Assembly (NCBI GenBank): GCA_964548265.1
Contig: CAZJPR010000003.1
Coordinates: forward strand, 279-64,278
Reading direction: 5' to 3'
Origin: an uncultured Candidatus Saccharibacteria bacterium
GTDB lineage: Bacteria > Patescibacteriota > Minisyncoccia > Phycocordibacterales > Phycocordibacteraceae
DNA length: 64,000 bases
A model generated the notes under the pieces. The model was not told the DNA's origin. It did no database searches and saw only the letters and a list, made by a program, of their open reading frames with translations. The position numbers were made by a program, and so were the translations under genes. This document shows, piece after piece, positions 1-7,699 of this stretch; the stretch's first letter is position 1; each line of letters starts with the position of its first letter.

Positions 1-2
1 CG

Positions 3-1142
3 ACCCCCTTATACGTATACGACAGGGCAGTCATCGAAAAGCGCTGCCGCGACCTTCGCAGATACTTCCCCGATACGAAGATTTTCTACGCCGTCAAAGC
101 TAACAGCAACCCTGAACTCCTGAAGATTATCCAGAAGGAAGGTCTCGGCATTGAGTGCGTTTCACCGGGTGAAATCAGGGCAGGGCAGGCGGCAGGTTTC
201 CCCAAGACCGCAATCAGCTACACTTGTTCGAATCAGATGGAGAGCGACCTTCTCTTCGCTGCACAGAACGCAGGCTACGTGCATATAGATTCCCTCGTGC
301 AGCTTGAGACGTGGGGCCGTAAGAAGCTTGGTAAGGAAGTATCGCTTCGCATCAATGAAGGCATTGGCACTGGGCACCATCGCCACGTCGTGACCGGAGG
401 ACCTGACAGCAAGTTCGGGATCAGCGAGAAGGATATCCCTGCAGCGCGCCGGATTGCCAAGAAGTACGGACTTGTTATCGTCGCGGTCGAGCAGCACATT
501 GGTTCGAACATCCTCAACAAGGACGCAAATATTTTCTTGCGCTCCGTGCGCAAGCTCCTACGAACGGCACGCAGTTTCCCGGACGTAAGACATGTGGACT
601 TCGGCGGGGGCTTCGGCATCCCGTACAAACCAACAGATCGTGCGCTCAACTTAGCTACGCTCGGCAAGGAATTCACGAAACTCACCGCTGCCTTCCGCAA
701 TGAACGACCGGGAGCAACATTCGCCCTCGAACCAGGACGCTACGTGGTGGCTGAGTCGGGGACCCTCTACGCCTCTGTGGTGGACCTTAAATCAACGTCT
801 AAGCATGACTTCGTGGGAATAAACTCTGGCTTCAACCACCTCATCCGCCCGGCCATGTACGGCTCGTATCACCCCATACAGAACGTCAGCCGAAAAGGCC
901 CACAGAAGTCCATCACCGTTGCAGGCAACGTGTGTGAATCCGGAGACATCTTCGCCACGCATCGGAAGATCGCGAGTCCAAAGATTGGTGACCTCCTCGC
1001 CATAGGGAATGCTGGCGCCTACGGCATGAGCATGGTCTCTGTCTACAACCTACGCGAGCTCCCGAAGGAAGTGCTCATTGAGAAGGGGAGGACACGCGAT
1101 ATTTCTTTCTCTCCAGAAGCAAGGGTGCGAGCAAAGAAGTAG
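3..1142 (+). CDS. lysA: Diaminopimelate decarboxylase (5'-truncated by window edge)
   Basis: Frame is open from position 3: TPLYVYD...FYAVKAN (PLP lysine), then SKFG, HIGS, DFGGGFG, EPGRY, RPAMYG, GNVCESGD, GAYG, all group IV decarboxylase motifs. The ORF-track start at 237 is internal. Confidence 0.9.
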   Translation, partial: TPLYVYDRAVIEKRCRDLRRYFPDTKIFYAVKANSNPELLKIIQKEGLGIECVSPGEIRAGQAAGFPKTAISYTCSNQMESDLLFAAQNAGYVHIDSLVQLETWGRKKLGKEVSLRINEGIGTGHHRHVVTGGPDSKFGISEKDIPAARRIAKKYGLVIVAVEQHIGSNILNKDANIFLRSVRKLLRTARSFPDVRHVDFGGGFGIPYKPTDRALNLATLGKEFTKLTAAFRNERPGATFALEPGRYVVAESGTLYASVVDLKSTSKHDFVGINSGFNHLIRPAMYGSYHPIQNVSRKGPQKSITVAGNVCESGDIFATHRKIASPKIGDLLAIGNAGAYGMSMVSVYNLRELPKEVLIEKGRTRDISFSPEARVRAKK

Positions 1143-1185
1143 CCCTGGAAGCGAGCTGGTACGTCATGGTATAGTGCCAGCCACT

Positions 1186-1259
1186 GCGGCTATCGTTTAG
1201 TGGTAGGACGCGTCCTTGCCAAGGACGAGATGGGAGTTCGATTCTCCCTAGCCGCACCA
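1186..1259 (+). tRNA. tRNA-Gly(GCC)
   Basis: GCGGCTA/TAGCCGC acceptor stem, anticodon loop TTGCCAA, GTTCGATT T-loop, encoded CCA; extended -10 TGGTATAGT at 1167-1175. Confidence 0.95.
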
Positions 1260-1266
1260 ACATGAA

Positions 1267-1293
1267 GAAAACGGCCCCAAAAGGGCCGTTTTC
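1267..1293. terminator. Intrinsic terminator after tRNA-Gly
   Basis: GAAAACGGCCC-caaaa-GGGCCGTTTTC perfect inverted repeat. Confidence 0.75.
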
Positions 1294-1464
1294 AATACCT
1301 TGATAAGTCTGTGGATACTGGGGATAAAGGACAAAAAGACAACCTGAAGAAATTATTCTTTTTCTCTTAAATACCCTGTATATCAAGAGTATTTCTTTCG
1401 GTCGTCTTTTATGAAGCGTCCTTCATGTGTATTCAACAAGCGCGTTGTGCTAGGATGCGCGGAC

Positions 1465-1535
1465 CGGGCCGTAGTATACCGGTAGTACATCTGCTTTGGG
1501 AGCAGACTGACCGGGTTCGATTCCCGGCGGCCCGA
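1465..1535 (+). tRNA. tRNA-Pro(TGG)
   Basis: CGGGCCG/CGGCCCG acceptor stem, TCTGC-TTTGGGA-GCAGA anticodon arm, GTTCGATT T-loop; CCA not encoded. Confidence 0.93.
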
Positions 1536-1539
1536 CTAC

Positions 1540-2742
1540 CTAGTGAATCGCTTCTTTTATCACGTCGAGAAGCTCGGCGGCATCGTCCTCGTATCCTGAC
1601 ACGAGGGCATTCGTATTTCCCGAGAGATAGGTGTCGAGGTCCTTGCCTGTTTCTCGCTTAAACTCGCGGCGTATGTGGTCGATGGTAATTGCTTGAAGAT
1701 CGCGCAATGAAAGATCTGCCTTAACGGTGCGGGTGGTAATGGCCCCTATGAAACGGTCCTTGCTATCCAAGACACCTCCTCCGGAAGAACCTTCCTGAGC
1801 GGCTGCCCCGGCGTTAACAGAAAAGATATCAGGATTGCCTGTTACCTTCGAGAAGGTATACGCCTCCTTAACAGAGCCGAAGGCTATGGTGGGGTAGAGG
1901 GAAGAACGTATCTCAGAGCTTGTGAGAAACTCCGCACCATAGGAGCCACTCGATACCTTGTCTCCCGCAGCTATCCTCGCCCCCGTGGGAGCCAGTTTCA
2001 CCGCAGGGAAGGAAGAGGGCATGGAACCCGTGAGGCTTCGCGTGATCGCTAGGAAGGCGAAATCGTCCTTACCCGTGCCCTTTGGGCGACTGGTTACAAT
2101 GGTTTCAGGATTCTCCTCAATCCATGTGGAGGACAAATAGATGAGCTCGGCATCATAGGCGTTTTTGGCTGGGCTTCCGGTTCGGATCACACAGTTCCCC
2201 GCGTCCTTGGTAGGGAAGTCCTCAAGGAGGAAATTCTGTGCGACGTGTGCAACAGTAATGATGATGCCGCGAGGGTCGATAACCACGCCAGTGCCTGACA
2301 TGCCCTGAACGTTATAGCCTTTTGCTGGAAGACAGATGATGTTAACCAGGGCACCCTTGAGAAGTGCAGTGGTCGATGTGTGCGGTTGAGGATCTTCCGT
2401 TGTTGGGAGTGGAGTGGTGGTCTCCGTTGGCGGAATAACGACCGGAGGGGCGACAATCACCGGCGGGCGGACAGGCGAAGGCGCAGGAAACGTAAGCGTC
2501 GGGGTCGAGGGGGAAGAATCGGTTGCAATGGTGTCTTCAGCGCCCTGGAGTAGGTCGTAGATAACTTCCTCAAGCGTTGGTGGGTGCACGCCAGGGTTCC
2601 AGTTCTCAAGAGCTGGCATTGGTGGGGGAGCGACCGCCACCTTCTCCTCAAGGACATCCGAGCTTCCAACGCCGAGCACGGCGGACACGAGCCCTAGGAT
2701 AAGGGCGGCGCCATTGACGAGGAGTTCCTGAATGGCTGACAT
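1540..2742 (-). CDS. Secreted/membrane-anchored trypsin-like serine protease with Pro/Thr-rich linker
   Basis: N-terminal hydrophobic segment, Pro-rich linker, then GTGVVID, TVAHV (His), DDFAFL (Asp), EGSSGG (Ser) catalytic-triad motifs. Confidence 0.8.
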   Translation of the reverse strand: MSAIQELLVNGAALILGLVSAVLGVGSSDVLEEKVAVAPPPMPALENWNPGVHPPTLEEVIYDLLQGAEDTIATDSSPSTPTLTFPAPSPVRPPVIVAPPVVIPPTETTTPLPTTEDPQPHTSTTALLKGALVNIICLPAKGYNVQGMSGTGVVIDPRGIIITVAHVAQNFLLEDFPTKDAGNCVIRTGSPAKNAYDAELIYLSSTWIEENPETIVTSRPKGTGKDDFAFLAITRSLTGSMPSSFPAVKLAPTGARIAAGDKVSSGSYGAEFLTSSEIRSSLYPTIAFGSVKEAYTFSKVTGNPDIFSVNAGAAAQEGSSGGGVLDSKDRFIGAITTRTVKADLSLRDLQAITIDHIRREFKRETGKDLDTYLSGNTNALVSGYEDDAAELLDVIKEAIH

Positions 2743-2820
2743 TATGCGTACGCTACACCATTCATACGAAAAGGGAACGGGTGGGCGAATACATGTCCTT
2801 TATGGTATCCTCGCCCAGAA

Positions 2821-2891
2821 GCGGGATTAGTTTAATGGTAGAACATCAGTTTTCCAAACTGAGAGCAGGAGTTCGATTCTCCTATCCCGCA
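2821..2891 (+). tRNA. tRNA-Gly(TCC)
   Basis: GCGGGAT/ATCCCGC acceptor stem, TCAGT-TTTCCAA-ACTGA anticodon arm, GTTCGATT T-loop; TGGTATCCT -10 just upstream. Confidence 0.95.
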
Positions 2892-2972
2892 CCCTTTAGT
2901 GCTAATCCGAGAGACTGAGGTGCTTAGTTGGTAAGTTTCTAATCCCCAAAGAATCAAGTTAAAGTCTCTGTA

Positions 2973-3530
2973 ATGGTCAAAATACCCAAAGTAACCAGAG
3001 GGAAGCTACTTAAGGCTCTGAGGTCTTTTGAACAGCGACGAGAAAGGTTCCCCAATATAATTCTTCTACAGGAAGCATCTACTTTTGAGATTGACGACCC
3101 ATCTCATCCAGACTCTGACGTAAGCGAGGTAAAAGTGACGGTGAGGATAGAGTATCCAAACTACCAGTACTTGGTAGGAGAAATTTACGGAAGTTCAGAG
3201 CTGCGCGATGGCCCTTTTGGATTCAAGGCACCTGTTGGAATTATTCGTGATGAAGTTCTGCGGATGGCCAACGATGGTTTGGTAACGTTAGAGATGCAAA
3301 GTCCGATTTTTACAAGAATAGATAAAAGGAATGGCGAAGAAGTTCGCTACGACCCGGGCAAATTTTTTAGCAGGGAAGAAATCAAAGACTACAAAACAAA
3401 AATAGTGCTTACTACAAAAGGAAGGAGTGTGCTCGAATACTGGAAGTCTAGCTTCCCAGAAAATGCTGTTGCGTGGCTCTCGCTCTTCGTTTCTCTCCTA
3501 GCATTACTTACCTCGATTTTTATTAAGTAG
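2973..3530 (+). CDS. Hypothetical protein with C-terminal transmembrane helix
   Basis: 185-aa ORF in AT-rich segment; IVLTTKGR (winged-helix-like tail) followed by hydrophobic WLSLFVSLLALLTSIFIK. Confidence 0.65.
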   Translation: MVKIPKVTRGKLLKALRSFEQRRERFPNIILLQEASTFEIDDPSHPDSDVSEVKVTVRIEYPNYQYLVGEIYGSSELRDGPFGFKAPVGIIRDEVLRMANDGLVTLEMQSPIFTRIDKRNGEEVRYDPGKFFSREEIKDYKTKIVLTTKGRSVLEYWKSSFPENAVAWLSLFVSLLALLTSIFIK

Positions 3531-3600
3531 CCCAAATCGAGATGCCTCATTAAGAGGCTTTAACCCTCGCGCCTAGTGCAAATAAACTTATAATAAAAGT

Positions 3601-4062
3601 ATGTCGTCTGCGGTTAATCGAGCAAAAAGGCGTTTAGTAGACAGCATCATTGCTGGGCGACGTAATGCAGAAAACGCAAAATACGGAGCATTCATTGTTC
3701 AGACAAATGAAGTTCAACTCAAACTCGCTTTGGCTGTTTTGCAGCGATCGGGCTTGCCTGATAAGGACTATGTAGAGAAATTGGAGAGATCAGAACTTGG
3801 CCCACTCCTGAATCTATATAAGGCCTGCGTAAAGAGAGTATCGCCAGCAGCCGTAACGCTAGTTCGAGATCTTGGAACATATAAGGGCTACAGGAATCGT
3901 CTTGCACACAAAATGTTCGGAGGAAAAAAGCTGACTCCTGTCGAGTGCGAAGAAGCGATAAAACTGGGAGAGTCTATATTACGGCGTCTGAATCAGTTAG
4001 TGGGTATATATAAAAATGCGAAGCCGAGAGTGCAAACCGAGTGGGAAAAGGTAAAGACCTAG
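3601..4062 (+). CDS. Hypothetical alpha-helical protein with HEPN-like RxxxxH motif
   Basis: 153-aa ORF; YRNRLAH motif preceded by an ELGPLLN helix; perfect TATAAT at 3589-3594, 6 nt before ATG. Confidence 0.6.
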   Translation: MSSAVNRAKRRLVDSIIAGRRNAENAKYGAFIVQTNEVQLKLALAVLQRSGLPDKDYVEKLERSELGPLLNLYKACVKRVSPAAVTLVRDLGTYKGYRNRLAHKMFGGKKLTPVECEEAIKLGESILRRLNQLVGIYKNAKPRVQTEWEKVKT

Positions 4063-4222
4063 ACCGAGATGCCTCGACTTCAATCCTAAAACCCCGCCAA
4101 AGAACCCTTGAAGTGCCCCACTCTACCTAGTTCGAGACCGAGGTGGGGCACCCACTAGTGCTAGTTCAAGAGACTGAGATACCTTAAGCATTTTATGCTG
4201 CCCCTTCGGGTATACTCAATAC

Positions 4223-4639
4223 ATGTTAAGCACGCTGCAGTACGGTTTACTATATCTTGTTTCAGTTCCGGTGTTCTTTATCATTGACCTGTTTTGGTTA
4301 GGGATAGTTGCTCCTGGTTTTTATAAATCGCAGATAGGGCACCTACTCAGCCCAACGGTTAACTGGCCAGTAGCAATCGTGTTTTACCTCCTATTTTTAG
4401 TTGGACTTATTATTTTTGCCGTTGCGCCGGCAATCGAGGCTCGTGCGTGGACGCACGCACTATTGTATGGAGCACTGTTTGGTTTTTTTACGTACCTTAC
4501 CTATGACCTAACCAACTGGGCAACAATGAAGGAGTGGCCCGCATTAGTATCAATCGTCGACATTGTGTGGGGGACGGTGCTTTCTGGAGCAGTAGCAACC
4601 ATAACGTACTTACTCGCTACTACCTTTATCATTAAATAG
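4223..4639 (+). CDS. DUF2177-family membrane protein
   Basis: IDLFWLG...FYK.QIG.LL, YLTYDLTNWATMK.WP, DIVWG motifs typical of DUF2177. Confidence 0.85.
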   Translation: MLSTLQYGLLYLVSVPVFFIIDLFWLGIVAPGFYKSQIGHLLSPTVNWPVAIVFYLLFLVGLIIFAVAPAIEARAWTHALLYGALFGFFTYLTYDLTNWATMKEWPALVSIVDIVWGTVLSGAVATITYLLATTFIIK

Positions 4640-4641
4640 TC

Positions 4642-5424
4642 ATGACACCATTGGCTCTTTCATTGGTAGCGCTTCTTGCCTACATGAGTGCGTTATTTGT
4701 CATTAGTCTTATCGTCAAAAACAATGGCGTTGCAGACATCGGGTACGGAATTGCATTTATGATTGTCATTGCGGCAACCTTCGCCCAGACAACAATCACC
4801 GAGCCATTCATTGTGGTCTTAGCGCTCTTACCATTTATATGGGGTGCTCGACTCGCAACTCGAATCTATCGTAAGAACAAAGGTAAGCCAGAAGATTTCC
4901 GGTACAAAGCCTGGCGTGACGCGTGGGGAAAGAGTTTCATCGTACGGAGTTTCTTTCAGGTGTATATGCTACAAGGTCTGGTTGTCTTCATTGTGTGTCT
5001 CCCCGTGACGCTTGCGCTCCTCTACCCATCCGTGCAACCGAACTATCCTCTTGCGTACCTTGGTCTTGCTGTGTGGGTGGTAGGGTTCTTCTTCGAAGTG
5101 GTTGCAGACCATCAGTTAGATCAGTTTATTAACGACCCACAAAACAAAGGATCCATACTGATGCGCGGGTTATGGAAGTACTCACGACACCCTAACTATT
5201 TCGGAGAAAGCACAATGTGGGTAGGTATTGCACTTATCTCCTTGGCGCTTTCCTCGGTACCGCTTGTCGCTCTCGTAAGTCCGCTACTAATTACCTTCCT
5301 TCTTTTGAAAGTGTCAGGGGTACCGCTGCTTGAGAAAAAGTGGGAAGGAAATCTTGCGTGGGAGGTATACAAAAAAAGAACATCGGTGTTTTTCCCACTC
5401 CCACCACGGCTCCCTCATGAATAA
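4642..5424 (+). CDS. DUF1295 family (steroid 5-alpha-reductase-like) membrane protein
   Basis: WGARL, EDFRY, EVVADHQL, GLWKYSRHPNYFGE, SGVPLLE motifs. Confidence 0.88.
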   Translation: MTPLALSLVALLAYMSALFVISLIVKNNGVADIGYGIAFMIVIAATFAQTTITEPFIVVLALLPFIWGARLATRIYRKNKGKPEDFRYKAWRDAWGKSFIVRSFFQVYMLQGLVVFIVCLPVTLALLYPSVQPNYPLAYLGLAVWVVGFFFEVVADHQLDQFINDPQNKGSILMRGLWKYSRHPNYFGESTMWVGIALISLALSSVPLVALVSPLLITFLLLKVSGVPLLEKKWEGNLAWEVYKKRTSVFFPLPPRLPHE

Positions 5425-6046
5425 ATACATGTATACACTCCTAGCCATTGGAGCCTTACTCATTGCCTGGACGGCAATAAGTTACCTTGTTGAACATTCA
5501 GTTAAGACACCGGCTTATTCGGTTATTGAAAAACGGCACGGATACGAAGTGCGTGTATACCAACCATATATAACTGCTCAGGTGAAGGTCGGCGGGACCT
5601 ATGACGAGGCCTTGAATGAAGGTTTCAGGATTCTGGCTGATTACATTTTTGGAAACAACACAAAACAGACAAGCATCGCAATGACCGCTCCGGTTATCGA
5701 GGGCGAATCTGAGAAGATGGCAATGACTGCTCCAGTGATTGAAAGCTCAAAAGAAGGGAGCCGTACCGTCTCTTTCGTGATGCCGTTTGAATACACGCTT
5801 GAGACACTACCGCAGCCCAACAATCCTAGGATAGAGATTGTCCCGCAAGAAGCACGAAAAGTTGCCGTGCTGAGATTTTCTTGGTTCAGGGACAGTGAGC
5901 GGGTTGCTACGAAAAAGCAGGAGCTCCTCTCGCTGCTTGAGAAAGACTCAGTAGTGAGTAAGGGGGAGCCAGAATATGCGGGGTACAACGCGCCCTTCAC
6001 TGCACCGTGGCTTAACCGGAACGAGATATTGGTTGAAATTAACTAA
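5417..6046 (+). CDS. SOUL heme-binding family protein
   Basis: Start ATG 5417 overlaps the upstream gene; YEVRVY, GFRILADYIFGNN, IAMTAPV, VSFVMP, YNAPFT.PWL.RNEI. Confidence 0.88.
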   Translation: MNKYMYTLLAIGALLIAWTAISYLVEHSVKTPAYSVIEKRHGYEVRVYQPYITAQVKVGGTYDEALNEGFRILADYIFGNNTKQTSIAMTAPVIEGESEKMAMTAPVIESSKEGSRTVSFVMPFEYTLETLPQPNNPRIEIVPQEARKVAVLRFSWFRDSERVATKKQELLSLLEKDSVVSKGEPEYAGYNAPFTAPWLNRNEILVEIN

Positions 6047-6204
6047 CGTCCCGTGGTTCTAACGCGCAGAGACAGTTCGATGTAAGAGGCCATGCCCCCA
6101 TTTTCTCCCCTCCCTGCAGGAAACCTTCATCATTTCTGCATGGTATCTTTGTTGTAGTGTTCACAGGGCGTGCTTTATCCGAACCGATTAATACGATTAT
6201 CGAT

Positions 6205-7608
6205 ATGCAAAGTAATGTAATGAGAAAGATAGGCGCGGTACTTACCGCCGTCGCGCTCGCGATTTCCGCGTACGCAGCGCTCGGACCGGCCTATACGGCG
6301 CACGCCGCTACGTGTACCTTCAGCCGCGACCTGTACGTCGGGACGACTGGTGAGGACGTGCGCTGCCTCCAGCAATATCTGAATGGTAGTGGCTACAAGA
6401 TTGCCTCCACTGGCCCTGGCGCCCCAGGCGCTGAGACCACTATCTACGGCTCCCTGACGGGAGTTGCCGTTGCTAAGTGGCAGGCTGCAAACGGCGTTAC
6501 CTCAAACGGAAACTTCGGCCCAATGTCCCGCGCCAAGTTCAGCGCGCTCATGGGTGGAGGCAGTACAACCATCCCTCCAATAACTGGCAGCGACCAGCTT
6601 CGTGCAAAGGTTGCCATTCTTGAGGCTGTTGCAGCCTACCAGGATGCCGTTGATGAGGACGGGGACGACGGCCCTCTTGAGGATGCCGCTCAGGACCTTC
6701 TCAATGCGTTTACTCAGTACCTCAACGGAAGTTACGTTCAGGCAATCGCTAGCGCGAACGCTTCAACGGACAGCTCCGATGAGGCAATGGGGAACAGTGA
6801 CGACGACAGCGACAGCAATGACGCTGACGAGAACGACGCAGAAGATGCGATTGCTGACGCAGAGGAAGCTATCGATGACGCTAATGACGCCATTGATGAT
6901 TCCGACGCCTCAGGTAGCGACATCGACGACGCAGAGGGACTCGTAGCTGACGCCGAGGACTTCCTCGACGACGCGAACGCAGCTCTTGATGACGAGGACT
7001 TCGATGAGGCAGTTGATGCTGCAAACGACGCGATTGACGCTGCCAACGAGGCAGAAGACATCGCTAACGGCGACAGCAGCAGCAATGACGGTGACGAAAG
7101 CGATGCTGAGGATGCAATTGCTGATGCGGAAAACGCTATCGATGACGCACAGACAGCTATTGATGATTCCGACGCTTCAGGTAGCGACATCAATGACGCC
7201 GAAGACCTCCTTGCTGATGCTGAGGACTTCCTCGATGAGGCAAATGATGCCTTTGACGATGAAGACTGGGATGCAGCGATGGATTCGGCAGATGACGCGA
7301 TTGACGCTGCTGACGAGGCTCGCGAAATCGCACTTGGAACCAGCGACAGCAATGACGCTGACGAGAACGATGCGGAGGATGCACTCGATGAGGCAGACGA
7401 TGCCATCAGCGAAGCACGCGAGGATCTTGCCGATTCTGACATCTCGTCATCTGACTACAGTGACGCAGATGAACTACTTGATGACGCGGATGACCTTCTC
7501 GAGGAGGCAGAAGACGCCTTCGATGACAATGACTGGGATGAAGTGATTGATCTCACCGACGAAATCATGGATCTCGTTGATGAGGCTCAGGACATCATTG
7601 ACGGATAG
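6205..7608 (+). CDS. Secreted peptidoglycan-binding-domain protein with extremely acidic tandem helical repeats
   Basis: Signal peptide (AHA-A), CTFSRDLYVG..GEDVRCLQQYLN...WQAANG...GNFGPMSRA (PG_binding_1-like), then a D/E/A-rich C-terminus. Start could be 6205 or 6220. Confidence 0.8.
   Translation: MQSNVMRKIGAVLTAVALAISAYAALGPAYTAHAATCTFSRDLYVGTTGEDVRCLQQYLNGSGYKIASTGPGAPGAETTIYGSLTGVAVAKWQAANGVTSNGNFGPMSRAKFSALMGGGSTTIPPITGSDQLRAKVAILEAVAAYQDAVDEDGDDGPLEDAAQDLLNAFTQYLNGSYVQAIASANASTDSSDEAMGNSDDDSDSNDADENDAEDAIADAEEAIDDANDAIDDSDASGSDIDDAEGLVADAEDFLDDANAALDDEDFDEAVDAANDAIDAANEAEDIANGDSSSNDGDESDAEDAIADAENAIDDAQTAIDDSDASGSDINDAEDLLADAEDFLDEANDAFDDEDWDAAMDSADDAIDAADEAREIALGTSDSNDADENDAEDALDEADDAISEAREDLADSDISSSDYSDADELLDDADDLLEEAEDAFDDNDWDEVIDLTDEIMDLVDEAQDIIDG
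6814..7605 (+). repeat. Three tandem 267-bp (89-aa) coding repeats
   Basis: AGCAATGACG unit starts at 6814, 7081 and 7348 (spacing exactly 267); protein unit SND.DE.DAEDA..DA..AI.DA... Confidence 0.85.
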
Positions 7609-7631
7609 TCGAACTGAGTGTGGCAGACAAC

Positions 7632-7660
7632 AACCGCCCCTGCGAGGGCGGTTTTTGTTT
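7632..7660 (+). terminator. Intrinsic terminator
   Basis: AACCGCCC-ctgcga-GGGCGGTT followed by TTTGTTT. Confidence 0.75.
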
Positions 7661-7699
7661 TCCGTTGCACTTCATGTGGAGAAGCGTAGTCTTGAAGAA

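Larger units (their letters stand above)
2897..4186 (+). repeat. Dispersed degenerate direct repeat (core like AGACYGAGRTGCC), 5 copies at gene boundaries
   Basis: 2897-2925 TAGTGCTAATCCGAGAGACTGAGGTGCTT vs 4156-4184 TAGTGCTAGTTCAAGAGACTGAGATACCT (23/29 identical); partial copies at 3534 AAATCGAGATGCCTC, 4061 AGACCGAGATGCCTC, 4127 CTAGTTCGAGACCGAGGTG. Confidence 0.7.

Noticed and set aside
1186-2891. Similar 3' ends of the two tRNA-Gly genes as attL/attR of an island
   Set aside because: Both are complete tRNAs with different anticodons; the similarity is ordinary isoacceptor homology.
2821-2891. Genetic code 25 (UGA=Gly)
   Set aside because: Anticodon is TCC, not TCA; conserved genes are intact under code 11 and several end in TGA (e.g. 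pgk, polA).
2897-4186. CRISPR array
   Set aside because: Repeats are degenerate, irregularly spaced and separated by whole genes; no cas genes in the window.
5675-5745. Duplicated AMTAPVIE in the SOUL protein
   Set aside because: Repeated MTAPV motifs are a normal feature of bacterial SOUL proteins.
6738-7442. Long Ser-rich antisense and alternative-frame ORFs (also 13258-14040, 16176-17243, 20258-20866, 51491-52246)
   Set aside because: Shadows of real genes, caused by codon bias and low-complexity D/E/A content.
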